Shown piece after piece: positions 1 to 9,953 of a DNA stretch of 64,000 nucleotides. The translations under genes and the position numbers were made by a program. How positions within the stretch are numbered: the stretch's first letter is position 1; every line of letters begins with the position of its first letter. Source of the stretch: Nitrosopumilus sp. (GTDB lineage Archaea > Thermoproteota > Nitrososphaeria > Nitrososphaerales > Nitrosopumilaceae); assembly GCA_965203315.1 (NCBI GenBank), contig CBDBCE010000004.1:64001-128000 (forward strand), in the 5' to 3' direction. The notes below the pieces were generated by a model that was not told the origin of the DNA, did not search any database, and saw only the letters and a list, made by a program, of their open reading frames with translations.

Positions 1-12
1 CCCGAGTATGCC

Positions 13-879
13 ATGCTCTTGGCAATTCTGAGACTGGTAAGTGGTCACAGTCAGTGCCATCTTGCCAGTAGATTTGGTATAGATCAGAGTAATGTATCCC
101 GGTACTGTACATACATGAATCAGTTTTTTCAGAGTTTGGGTTTTTCGCCAGACGAGTTGGCAAATGCGATAAGTAAATGCAAGACAAAGAAAGAGCTTGC
201 AAAATGGGTAAAGGATCACACATTCTTGTTCGATGGATCACACACTCGTGTTCCGACGCCCGTAGATAGAGAGATACGCAATGACTACAAATCAGGCAAA
301 AAAAAGATGCATACGGTAAATACTCTATTGATGTGTACAAAAGAGAGACTGATAGTACATGTGTCTTCTACGTTTCCTGGTAAGACACATGATTTCAGCA
401 TATTCAAAGAGCTCAAACTGAATCTTGGCAAGTGGTCCATGTCGTTAACAGATCCAAACACTCCACTTCGCCAAAGATTATACATTCTAGTAGATCTGGG
501 ATTCCTAGGGATTCGAGATATCTTTGTAGGTGCAAAGATAGGCATAAAATACAAGAAACCCAAAGGTGGGCAACTCACAAAAGAACAAGAGATATACAAC
601 AAAAAGATAGACAGTGAACGCGCTACAGTAGAACACGTAGTTGGATGTGTAAAGCAGTTTAAACTCTTGTTCAACATGTTCCGAGGAGATGACGACCAAT
701 ACAACGATGCCTTCAAGATGGCATCTACACTGGTCAACTATCACATTCTTTGGGATCATGAACACGGCAGACCTAGTCCTAGATTAGAAGAGCTTGTTGC
801 AGCATGGAGAGTAAAGATAAACCGTAAAAAACAAACTAAACTAAAAAAGATGAAATTATCTCACCGCATAGTTGCGTAA
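13..879 (+). mobile_element. IS5/ISL2-type (DDE_Tnp_4-like) transposase, probably 5'-truncated by the window edge
   Basis: HTH (LASRFGIDQSNVSR), FDGSHTRV, SGKKKMH, PGKTHD, DLGFLG, KKPKGGQLT..EIYNK..SERATVEH; element ends not identifiable. Confidence 0.85.
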
Positions 880-1008
880 ATAATACGCACCAACATTGTG
901 ATTTATAGAATGATATTGTAAGATATCAAGGTACGATTCATTGTTTTACTCACTGCGTACATGTACAATTCCACAGATCACAAGCCTGAGATCACTTTAT
1001 AATTTGGA

Positions 1009-1719
1009 ATGTCTTGGTTGCTAGGTGTCCAGAGTCTTCAAAACGACTTTCGCATGAACTCCTATGTACATCTACAACCAGAATGGTACAGTTATCCAAA
1101 CAATATACTCTTTGATGTAACCAACGTATGGTCAAATCCTGATCCAACATCTGATATGAAAGGTTACGCAATCAACCCATCTGATATATCGTCGCTGACA
1201 GATTATAATCTCAACCAACTTCAACATCAACATGGCAAGCCATATGTTGAACTCAAACACGAGTTTAGTAACTGCGAGACAAATTGGAAACCAATCTTGT
1301 ACCGTTATGCTATAGATATTCTCAGAAACAGAATCGATGTAATACAAGGCAGAGAACTCGGAGATGATCCATATGTGTCAAAGTTTCCAAACATATCTAC
1401 TAACTCGTCCATAAACTCTGGTTATGTGCAGTTTATTCCAGTATGTACCGTACATGATACTACGACATATGATTATGCTGTATCTCTAAATGATCCTTCA
1501 ATATCATTTGATGTCTACTTTGTTCCATCATCGGATATAGTTGATCAGTATCTAGAGTCTGGTATGATCGATTATTATGATGGCTGTACCGCTATGGGCT
1601 TTCATAGTTATAGTGGAAGATGCACCAATGTTGGCAAAGACTCTGGTCTGATGATAGTTTTACCAGACTCTCTTAAACAGTCGCTCACAAAGATCAAAGT
1701 TAGTATTCATGAGCAATAG
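1009..1719 (+). CDS. Hypothetical protein, Cys-containing, thaumarchaeal-like
   Basis: 236-aa ORF with normal composition; true start uncertain next to the IS. Confidence 0.65.
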   Translation: MSWLLGVQSLQNDFRMNSYVHLQPEWYSYPNNILFDVTNVWSNPDPTSDMKGYAINPSDISSLTDYNLNQLQHQHGKPYVELKHEFSNCETNWKPILYRYAIDILRNRIDVIQGRELGDDPYVSKFPNISTNSSINSGYVQFIPVCTVHDTTTYDYAVSLNDPSISFDVYFVPSSDIVDQYLESGMIDYYDGCTAMGFHSYSGRCTNVGKDSGLMIVLPDSLKQSLTKIKVSIHEQ

Positions 1720-1899
1720 TCTCTTGATCAATATGTACAAGTTATTGAGTAGTATCACTAGATGCTTGTAATCGTTAGTGTATGAGAGATAAAATATGCA
1801 TAATGCAAGTTGCTCTTGATCACAACCTGCCTCATCTCTCTCAGACACTACATCGGTTATGTCGATCTTGGTAATCGACAGTGCCTAGACATTTATACA

Positions 1900-2913
1900 T
1901 TAACTTATCCAACCCCATCGTCTAAAATAGACAAACATGGCTGTTGCTGGTATGATTGAAGCTAGAATTATCAAAATAAACGCAGTAAATGGACCTAGTA
2001 TACTCCAGTCATGGCCTATGCCTCCTGGTAGTGCTACGTTCATCCCGTAGAATGTTCCGATAACTGTTGCTGGAATCGCGAGCGTAAAGATTATCGTTAG
2101 TATAGCTAAAACCTTGTTTGTCTTTTCTGTGCTGAGTACATAATCTGTATCTTTATAGATCTCCATCGTCTCTCTAGACTCTTCTAAAGTCTCAATCACT
2201 TTATCAATATGATCGATTACATCATCAAAGTATAACACAAGTCGTTCATGACTATCTGAAAACTCTTTGAGATTCTTTGCAATCTCTACTACAAGCTTCT
2301 TCAATGGATTGGCTATCCTCCGAAGTCGATTGATCTCTCGTCGAAGTATTGCAATACTTCGTGATACTGATTTTGTCTCATCAAATACACTGTCTTCCAT
2401 CTCGTCTAGATTTGCTATTATTCGTCTTGCTGTGTGGGATAGGTCATCGACTAGGACATCAATGATCTCGTGTAAAAGAAATCCTGGTGACATATTTAAA
2501 AGTCGATCTCTTCGCTGTTCATCTGATCCAGTCTTACATGTGTTGATCAATTCGATTAGTGGTGTCAGATCGCCTTGATGTACTGTAACTAGAAAGTCTT
2601 TGCCGATAAATACTGAGAGCTGGCTATTCTTGATTACTGCTCGTTGTGATAGTGGCGGAAAATGTAATATGGCGAAAAAATGCTCTTCATATTTATCGAG
2701 CTTTGGTAACTCGAACTTTGTCATACAGTCTTCGATGTTGAGTGAATGAAAATGGTACTTTTCTGCCAAAAGTTCTACGTCATTTCGATCTGGATTTTGC
2801 ATATCTATCCATACAAAGCGATCTCCATTTATCTCCTGAATCTTGCGTTCTATATTGCTCTCTGGAGCTCGCTTTCCTGAACGTAGCCTGTTTGAAATAA
2901 ATCCTCGTCTCAT
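1900..2913 (-). CDS. corA: CorA family Mg2+/Co2+ transporter
   Basis: WIDMQNP N-terminus, GMN signature (FYGMN) between two C-terminal TM helices; ATG at 2913 preferred. Confidence 0.93.
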   Translation of the reverse strand: MRRGFISNRLRSGKRAPESNIERKIQEINGDRFVWIDMQNPDRNDVELLAEKYHFHSLNIEDCMTKFELPKLDKYEEHFFAILHFPPLSQRAVIKNSQLSVFIGKDFLVTVHQGDLTPLIELINTCKTGSDEQRRDRLLNMSPGFLLHEIIDVLVDDLSHTARRIIANLDEMEDSVFDETKSVSRSIAILRREINRLRRIANPLKKLVVEIAKNLKEFSDSHERLVLYFDDVIDHIDKVIETLEESRETMEIYKDTDYVLSTEKTNKVLAILTIIFTLAIPATVIGTFYGMNVALPGGIGHDWSILGPFTAFILIILASIIPATAMFVYFRRWGWIS

Positions 2914-2997
2914 CTGAATCAAGAAATTTTTTAACAAATTTAAAACGATCGAATATAGATTAAATATTCTACAAATCGTCTAGATGTCTATCTATTC

Positions 2998-3081
2998 TTA
3001 TGGCTTGAAAGGTAATAGATAGTTCATGCCTACCCACGTTATGCCTGATGCTATTGCCATTGCAATCCACCACAATCTCAT
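2998..3081 (-). CDS. Putative 27-aa hydrophobic micro-protein MRLWWIAMAIASGITWVGMNYLLPFKP
   Basis: Hand-translated; single TM-like helix; TATA-like TTTATTAT about 26 nt upstream. Confidence 0.35.
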   Translation of the reverse strand: MRLWWIAMAIASGITWVGMNYLLPFKP

Positions 3082-3153
3082 ATATGAATCGGCAAATATG
3101 CTCAATAATAAATCTTAAAGATTATTACTAGACTTGTATGCTCTCTAGTTTGT

Positions 3154-3226
3154 GGCCTTTGTCGTACAGTGGTTAGTATAGAGGATTGTGGATCCTTGGA
3201 CAGGGGTTCGATTCCCCTCGAAGGCC
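3154..3226 (+). tRNA. tRNA-His(GTG) with encoded G-1
   Basis: Acceptor GCCTTTG/CGAAGGC, anticodon arm GAGGA-TTGTGGA-TCCTT, T loop TTCGATT, discriminator C. Confidence 0.95.
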
Positions 3227-3705
3227 TCTCAATGTTTGAAGGCATATCTCATATTCGGATTAGGGATGAGACTAGATTCGTAATATGTTATGTGATGTGA
3301 GACTTGAGCACAAGAATCTCAATCAAAACCACGTCTAGTCATATTATGATGGTTGTCGATATTCTGATTGTTATATTTACAGAATGGATTAGTTGTTATT
3401 TATCGAGTTATCTTCTAGGTGAAAGATGAGATTTCTCGGTACAATAGACGTCGTCTTTGTGTTGTGACCGTTGTTTTCAACAAGTTCTCTTTTAACAACC
3501 ATCTCATTCTCGTATGCTTTGTATCATGATATCGAAGATTATGCCGATCACGATGATATCCTAGCGTCGTACCAAAAATGGTTTTTAGTGAGACATATTC
3601 TATATTCAATGCCCAAGAGCAGCCGTGTAGACGGATTAGGATGATGTAGATCGTAACGATGCCAATGATTTCTAATTCACCCAGATACGGTACACCATGG
3701 GCAAA

Positions 3706-3780
3706 CCCCCGGTTAAAAGATCCCGAGTGAGGTCTTAGGCTATCCGATGATCCTGTGCGAGTCAGAGCCGGGGAACAAAA
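3706..3780 (+). ncRNA. Candidate box H/ACA guide sRNA with K-turn
   Basis: Basal stem CCCCGG(TT)/(AG)CCGGGG, ACA at 3775-3777, K-turn GTGAGG/CCGATGATC; GC-rich island in AT-rich intergenic DNA. Confidence 0.7.
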
Positions 3781-3812
3781 ACCATTAAAGAGCCAAATCT
3801 CATACACGATCT

Positions 3813-4229
3813 ATGAAGTACTGGCTTGCAAAACAAGAGCCTAGTGGCCCTCGAGGATACAGTTTTGATCAACTCAAAGCAGACAAGAGTACTGTGTGGG
3901 ATGGAGTCCATAACAATCTTGCACTCAAGCACATTAGGGAGATGAGTCCAAATGATCTAGTGTTGTATTATCATACCGGAGATCAAAGACAGATAGTTGG
4001 AGTAATGCAAGTCAAATCCAAACCATATCCAAATCCCGAAGAGACTAATCCAAGGTTTGTTGTGATTGACGTGAAATATAAACGACAATTAAAGAGACCT
4101 GTGACACTTGATGAGATAAAAGCGGATAAAAGATTTCGAGATTGGGAGCTAGTAAAGATATCTCGACTCTCAGTGATGCCTGTCCCCAAAGATATCTGGG
4201 ATGCTGTATTGGATATCTCTGAGACTTGA
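3813..4229 (+). CDS. EVE domain protein
   Basis: MKYWLAKQEP, WDGVHN, YYHTG, SRLSVMPV motifs. Confidence 0.93.
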   Translation: MKYWLAKQEPSGPRGYSFDQLKADKSTVWDGVHNNLALKHIREMSPNDLVLYYHTGDQRQIVGVMQVKSKPYPNPEETNPRFVVIDVKYKRQLKRPVTLDEIKADKRFRDWELVKISRLSVMPVPKDIWDAVLDISET

Positions 4230-4650
4230 TCATGATATACACATAGTGTGCAATCAAGAGCGTCAGACGTATCACTACACATTGTAATACGTTCAACTGT
4301 ACAAATTGTAGAGGACGGTGGTATCTTGCCAGTTTATGTGTAGCATTTTACAAGATTTTTTCTATATAGTATGATGTTATGTTGTCATAGATGTCAGGTA
4401 TGATCTTTGAAAAGTTTGTTTTTCGTGCATAAACAACATGTCGACCTAATGTCATACTCTAAAAACGCATAGTACTTTTTCTACAAGTGTCTAGCTATGA
4501 CTGGCAACAAGCGCGAAATATAGAATAGTTGGTTTTGACAAAGCGTATAATTGACATAAAGTTGGCATCAGTTTTGATATCTGATATGTGGTGTCGATTA
4601 GTAAGACTCGATTAGATTTATTGATATAGGTGATTCTTTTAGATTTTGAT

Positions 4651-4890
4651 ATGGCAACAGCTTATGTCTTGATAAACTGTGAACTAGGCTCTGAGGAGGC
4701 GATCATTCACCAACTCAAGGGTCTTGATGGTGTCAGAGAGGTTCATGGAACATTTGGCGCTTACGATATTCTGGCCAAGATCGAATCAGATACAGTTGAG
4801 AAACTTAGAGAGACAATAACTTGGAAGATCAGAAAGATCGAAAAGATACGTTCAACGCTAACGCTAATGGGCATCGAAGGTCAAACTTGA
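4651..4890 (+). CDS. Stand-alone Lrp/AsnC ligand-binding (RAM) domain protein
   Basis: AYVLINCELG...GTFGAYDILAKI...IRSTLTL. Confidence 0.9.
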   Translation: MATAYVLINCELGSEEAIIHQLKGLDGVREVHGTFGAYDILAKIESDTVEKLRETITWKIRKIEKIRSTLTLMGIEGQT

Positions 4891-4897
4891 GAGCATC

Positions 4898-5470
4898 ATG
4901 CTCCTCTATTTTATTTTCGTAATACAGGAAGAAGATTATGGTAGACGTAATTTCGAGTTCAACTATATTAAAGACATGGCTAGATTTTACAGATCCTGGC
5001 TATTTAACAAATTTAAGATCAAATGTGACGTCAAGTGTGATACGATGCTTACTAGGCCACAGAGTATACTACAACGTCTAGACACTCATACTCTCTTGAG
5101 TGATCATAAACTACGTGGTTCTGGTACATTTCATTTTTATCTGACACACTTTAGACCTCTCTGGACTGATTGTACATGTGAAGGGTATCACGCACCAAAC
5201 TTTGCGATGATCTATTGGCAGAGACCTAAAGAGCCTAACGATACTCTCTTTCTTGCAGAAAAGAATTGTACTGTCGTATCACACGAACTATTACACGAAG
5301 TCTTGCGGATATCTGGAACGAAACGATATATTCAAGATGTTCATGATGTATGGACTAGACATTTTTATGACAAGTTGGAGTTTGAACAGTACGATGTGCA
5401 TCACAATACCACACTCGAAAAACCAATGTTTCTTACAATGGACACATCATCATTTGTATCTCGTAACTAG
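4898..5470 (+). CDS. Hypothetical protein with HExxH (zincin-like) motif
   Basis: SHELLHEVL; CTC motif; likely co-transcribed with the Lrp gene. Confidence 0.7.
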   Translation: MLLYFIFVIQEEDYGRRNFEFNYIKDMARFYRSWLFNKFKIKCDVKCDTMLTRPQSILQRLDTHTLLSDHKLRGSGTFHFYLTHFRPLWTDCTCEGYHAPNFAMIYWQRPKEPNDTLFLAEKNCTVVSHELLHEVLRISGTKRYIQDVHDVWTRHFYDKLEFEQYDVHHNTTLEKPMFLTMDTSSFVSRN

Positions 5471-5476
5471 GTATGT

Positions 5477-6115
5477 TCAACCTAGTCGTTTACTATCGTA
5501 GATCTTGTTCTTAAAGTTGGCTATCTTGAACTCTAGTTTATTCTCCGAGTCTCCAGACCTCTCTTTGCTAAGGTTCTCCAACTCTACCAAAGCATCTCCT
5601 TTGAAACCTACCGATGATGCATAGATTGCATCGAATAGCATTGTACCATGATCGCCTTGTTTGATATCGTTAGCTATCTCGTAAAACTGTGTGATCTGGT
5701 TCTTGTTTACAGGACGACCTGTAGGTTTATTGACTGCAACCGCGATATACATTCCATTACTCTTTACTGCTACCTGAATTTTGTGATCTTTTTTACTCTT
5801 ACCTGGAATAGTCTCGTCTACCAAGATCTCACACTTGTGGTACATACTAGATATGTACACAAAAAATCGATACTGTGCATACTTGCCTGCAGCATCCTCT
5901 TCACAATCGACAAATACTTTGTGCAATAGTTCGAGTGCTTCATCATTCATGCTTTGTAGACGATCATCGATTCTACCACGTTCCAATAGATTTGATTTAC
6001 ACTCCTTTGCTATCAGTTCTAAGATAAATTCTGGTAGGTTATAGTTTTTGAGTGTAGCAACAAAAGCACCCGCTTGAGACATACCAAATTTTGGGAACCC
6101 TTTATTGACCATCAC
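5477..6115 (-). CDS. Hypothetical protein, C-terminal restriction-endonuclease-like fold (probably inactive)
   Basis: IPGKSKKDHKIQV resembles the GKSGxxHxxD lead-in of Mrr/PD-(D/E)xK folds, with Q in place of D. Confidence 0.6.
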   Translation of the reverse strand: MMVNKGFPKFGMSQAGAFVATLKNYNLPEFILELIAKECKSNLLERGRIDDRLQSMNDEALELLHKVFVDCEEDAAGKYAQYRFFVYISSMYHKCEILVDETIPGKSKKDHKIQVAVKSNGMYIAVAVNKPTGRPVNKNQITQFYEIANDIKQGDHGTMLFDAIYASSVGFKGDALVELENLSKERSGDSENKLEFKIANFKNKIYDSKRLG

Positions 6116-6211
6116 AAAACCCCATCAAACTATTCAACAGTCTATAATATGACTCTATTAGCTTATAATTGTTAAGAATGGTTAAAATTCAAGACAATTT
6201 AGAGTTATACC

Positions 6212-8467
6212 ATGGAGATTGAGACCACCCTGCAAGATGTGTCATCCATATATGATACTATGAAGAATAACATTGCTCAATTTCGTAATATTGTCAAACG
6301 TCCACTAACTCTAACTGAAAAGATCCTTGTTGGTCACATGTATAATATCACTGACGTACCTACATCTGGCAAAGACTATGTATCTCTCAAATCAGATCGA
6401 GTTGCATTACAAGACGTTACCGGACAGATGGTAATGCTGCAGTTTATGCAAGCTGGTATAGAACGAGTTAGATTGCCTACGACTGTCCACTGCGATCATC
6501 TGATCAGAGCTGAGGTTCAAGGAGACGTTGACATGAAGGTGTCATTAAATGAGAACAATGAGGTCTTTGAATTTTTACAGTCTGCTGCAGCAAAGTATGG
6601 CTGTGGATTTTGGAAACCTGGTGCTGGAATAATACACCAGGTAGTTTTAGAAAATTATGCATTTCCAGGTGGATTGATGATTGGAACAGACTCACATACT
6701 CCAAATGCTGGTGGATTAGGAATGATTGCCATCGGAGTTGGTGGTCTAGACGCTGCAGAGGCGATGGCTGGAATGCCGTTTGAACTATTGTATCCGAAAC
6801 GAATTGGTGTTAAACTCGTAGGCAAACTTGGAGGATGGACTGCACCAAAAGATATCATCTTAAAGATCGCAGAAATATTGACCGTATCTGGAGGAACAAA
6901 TGCTATTGTTGAGTACTTTGGTCCTGGTACCAGCTCTATCAGCTGTACAGGAAAAGCTACTATAACAAATATGGGCGCAGAGATTGGGGCTACATGCTCG
7001 ATCTTTCCATATGACGAACGGATGGCTACATATCTCAGATACACCAATCGCTCATCTATTGCAGATATTGCAGACAAGAACATATCTCTCTTGACGCCTG
7101 ATCCAGAGATCAATGATGATCCAGAACGCTTCTATGATCAAGTTATAGAGATCGATCTAGACAAACTTGAACCACACGTTGTTGGACCACACACTCCAGA
7201 TCTTGCAAGACCTATATCTGATCTTGCTAGTGATGTTGCTAAACATGAGTACATTGATCAAATATCTGTTGCACTAGTTGGCAGCTGTACAAACTCTTCC
7301 TATGAAGATATGTCAAGAGCTGCTAGCATAGCTATTCAAGCAAAACTACATGGAGTATCGTCAAAGATTCCATTACTGGTTACACCTGGCTCAGAGCAGA
7401 TTCGTGGAACCATCGAGCGTGATGGTCAGATGGATAGCCTCAAAGAGATCGGTGCAACAGTTCTTGCAAACGCATGTGGTCCATGTATTGGACAGTGGAG
7501 TAGACCAGAACTTGGTGAGCGTGAAGCTAACACAATCATTACCAGCTTTAACAGAAACTTTCCTGGACGAAATGACGGTCATCGTAGCACATTAAACTTT
7601 ATTGCCAGTCCTGAGATGATAGTTGCTCTATCGCTTGGTGGTAGACTATCATTCAATCCCTTGGATGACGAACTTGTAGCAGATGATGGCACAAAGTTCA
7701 AACTTGAACCACCAAAACCTGCACCAGAAGTTCCTCCAAATGGATTTGTAAGACCTATTGGCGTATATGTTGCGCCACCAAGTACATCTGACGTAGATGT
7801 TATCTTGGATCCGAATAGCAATAGACTCCAACGTCTAGAACCATTTGATCCATGGAATGGCAAAGACTTTGAGAGGCTGCCTATACTGGTAAAAGCAAAA
7901 GGTAAATGTACTACCGATCATATCTCGCCTGCCGGCGCATGGTTGTCTTTACGTGGGCATCTCGATAATCTTAGCGATAACATGCTCTTGGGAGCTGTCA
8001 ACGCATTTGATGACAGAGTTGGTTCTGGTAAGAATGTCTTGTCGGGAGAGATTGAGCCTTTTGCAAAGATTGCTCGACACTACAAAAAGGAGCAGATTCG
8101 TTGGGTTATCATCGGTGATCACAACTATGGTGAGGGCAGTAGTCGTGAACATGCTGCAATGACCCCAAGATATCTTGGTTGTGCTGCAGTTATTGCAAAG
8201 AGCATGGCGCGAATACACGAGACCAATCTAAAAAAGCAAGGAATACTCGCATTGACATTTGCCAATCCAGACGACTATGACAAGATATGTGAAGACGATA
8301 AACTAAGTCTGATTGATCTCTCTTCAATGAAGCCACAAGAACCTATCCGTTGTATATTGTATCATGCTGACAATACTCGAGATACTATTGTACTGAATCA
8401 CTCGTACAATACATCGCAGATAGCATGGTTTCGAGCAGGTTCTGCACTAAACATTCTACAAAATTGA
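6212..8467 (+). CDS. acn: Aconitate hydratase
   Basis: DRVALQD, HCDH, DSHTPN, GSCTNSS, ACGPCIGQW, TTDHISPAG, GSSREHAA. Confidence 0.97.
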   Translation: MEIETTLQDVSSIYDTMKNNIAQFRNIVKRPLTLTEKILVGHMYNITDVPTSGKDYVSLKSDRVALQDVTGQMVMLQFMQAGIERVRLPTTVHCDHLIRAEVQGDVDMKVSLNENNEVFEFLQSAAAKYGCGFWKPGAGIIHQVVLENYAFPGGLMIGTDSHTPNAGGLGMIAIGVGGLDAAEAMAGMPFELLYPKRIGVKLVGKLGGWTAPKDIILKIAEILTVSGGTNAIVEYFGPGTSSISCTGKATITNMGAEIGATCSIFPYDERMATYLRYTNRSSIADIADKNISLLTPDPEINDDPERFYDQVIEIDLDKLEPHVVGPHTPDLARPISDLASDVAKHEYIDQISVALVGSCTNSSYEDMSRAASIAIQAKLHGVSSKIPLLVTPGSEQIRGTIERDGQMDSLKEIGATVLANACGPCIGQWSRPELGEREANTIITSFNRNFPGRNDGHRSTLNFIASPEMIVALSLGGRLSFNPLDDELVADDGTKFKLEPPKPAPEVPPNGFVRPIGVYVAPPSTSDVDVILDPNSNRLQRLEPFDPWNGKDFERLPILVKAKGKCTTDHISPAGAWLSLRGHLDNLSDNMLLGAVNAFDDRVGSGKNVLSGEIEPFAKIARHYKKEQIRWVIIGDHNYGEGSSREHAAMTPRYLGCAAVIAKSMARIHETNLKKQGILALTFANPDDYDKICEDDKLSLIDLSSMKPQEPIRCILYHADNTRDTIVLNHSYNTSQIAWFRAGSALNILQN

Positions 8468-8473
8468 TATACG

Positions 8474-8628
8474 TGGGGCCGACCGGAATTGAACCGGCGA
8501 CCTACGGGTCACTACAGCTCCAAACTTACATCATCCAAGAGTCAGTTTAGCATAGTTTAACCTCTGGAGCCCTTTGCGGTGAATCTATTCGTAGTCACTG
8601 TCGCCCTACCAGGCTAGGCTACGACCCC
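8474..8628 (-). tRNA. tRNA-Trp(CCA) with two introns (27 nt at 28/29; 54 nt at 37/38)
   Basis: Removing both introns gives a 74-nt cloverleaf: GGGGTCG/CGGCCCC-A, anticodon arm ACGGG-CTCCAGA-CCCGT, T arm GCCGG-TTCAATT-CCGGT. Confidence 0.9.
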
Positions 8629-8959
8629 ACCGATACTTGATACATATGACTTGAATTTTAATCTATTTTAAATTCAGTTTTCCCAAATGTGTATTTCGTC
8701 TATGATCAGTTAGCCTAACAACAATCCTGTTTTCTGAGTACTGGCGACTTGGATACTACATGACACATGACATCTAATTCTGATGTTTATGTAGCCTGAG
8801 TTAACGACTTGTATTTGACGCTTTTGTTACGCTTACGGTATGAATGTATGGTTGTCAACTAATTCGGCAAAGTTGTTCTAGATGGCGTTCTCACAAGTAA
8901 TCACTACTGCGCAACTTGAGACAATAGTTGTGGTGGCAATAGTTTACAGTAGGCGCTAC

Positions 8960-9075
8960 GGATCTCTTCGATTTGTGTGGGATGAATGATTACAGAAAAA
9001 GCATTACAAGATTCTATGAGAGAAAATTAGAAAAAAGCCTTGCGAAACGTCATCCCACATAAGCCGAAAAGATCC
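8960..9075. mobile_element. MITE family A, copy 1 (116 bp)
   Basis: ~25-bp imperfect TIR GGATCTCTTCGATTTGTGTGGGATG / CATCCCACATAAGCCGAAAAGATCC; homologous copies at 17133, 44501 and 45703. Confidence 0.85.
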
Positions 9076-9110
9076 AAAAAACATAAATTTATACAACATC
9101 AGTCAAATTT

Positions 9111-9872
9111 ATGTTTATTTCTTATATAGATTCAACAGGAACAACCTCATTTAGCAAAGCAGAGAACTATGTTCTTGCATCAGTTACAATTCATGAACAA
9201 TCATGGTATTCGATAAATAAGAAAGTTGAAGATCTGCAACTAAAATATTTCCCAAATACTAATCTCGATCAAATTGAGTTTCATGCAAAGGATATGACTA
9301 ATAAACATGGAATATATGAGGACATGTCTGAAGAAAAGATTTTTTCGATTTTAGATGACATATTCACTATCATTTCAGATAAAGATACAGATATCACTAT
9401 AATTGCAGTACTCGTACAGAAATCCAAGATGACGAAGAGGACAGATTTAGAAAAGATTAGTCACGCATATTTGTTTGAAAGACTAAATCTATACATACAG
9501 AAACAAAACAAAAATTCTATAAATGCTGAACTTTCTGAATACGGAATTATGGTGTTTGATACTGAGGGAAACAAAAAAGAAGATCAAAAACTTCGTGACA
9601 AACTATTAACCATACTTAAAGAGGGAACTCCTTATTCAAAATTGGATTGCTTAATAGAGGATCCATTCTTCACAGATTCTAAATGGAGAAATCTAATACA
9701 AATAGTTGATTGTGTTGCTTATTGTATCAGAAAGAAATATCGAGTAAATACACCATCAACACATACAGCTAATTGGGCTCGGTACTATGATATGATCGAA
9801 ACAAAATTTGACAGCAAATATGGAAAATACTACGGATGTGGATTGAAGATTATTCCACAACAAGGAGACTAG
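9111..9872 (+). CDS. DUF3800 family protein (RNase H-like fold)
   Basis: N-terminal YIDSTG, EFH, central FD, C-terminal QxxD (LIQIVDCVAY) and GLKIIP end; visibly more AT-rich than neighbours. Confidence 0.82.
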   Translation: MFISYIDSTGTTSFSKAENYVLASVTIHEQSWYSINKKVEDLQLKYFPNTNLDQIEFHAKDMTNKHGIYEDMSEEKIFSILDDIFTIISDKDTDITIIAVLVQKSKMTKRTDLEKISHAYLFERLNLYIQKQNKNSINAELSEYGIMVFDTEGNKKEDQKLRDKLLTILKEGTPYSKLDCLIEDPFFTDSKWRNLIQIVDCVAYCIRKKYRVNTPSTHTANWARYYDMIETKFDSKYGKYYGCGLKIIPQQGD

Positions 9873-9933
9873 TGGTAATACCACATAGCCCTCCTAGCGT
9901 GACTAATTGTGCGCACAAGTTAGCCACTCGCTC
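9856..9933 (-). ncRNA. Candidate DUF3800-associated structured RNA (two tandem hairpins), convergent with the gene
   Basis: Hairpins at 9896-9932 and 9863-9895; + strand A-C mismatches become G-U on the - strand; TATA box 26 nt upstream on the - strand. Confidence 0.7.
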
Positions 9934-9953
9934 ATATACTGATTATGTACGCT

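Noticed and set aside
3415-3807. 130-aa minus-strand ORF
   Set aside because: No recognisable motif; overlaps the H/ACA candidate and the EVE promoter.
4316-4370. Fifth copy of MITE family A
   Set aside because: Only a short degenerate match (TTTATGTG..CATTTTACAAGATTTTT) with no intact TIR; possible relic.
8707-8725. DtxR-box-like palindrome GTTAGCCTAAC (also TTAGATTAGGTTA near 58135)
   Set aside because: Partial matches only, with no clearly positioned target promoter.
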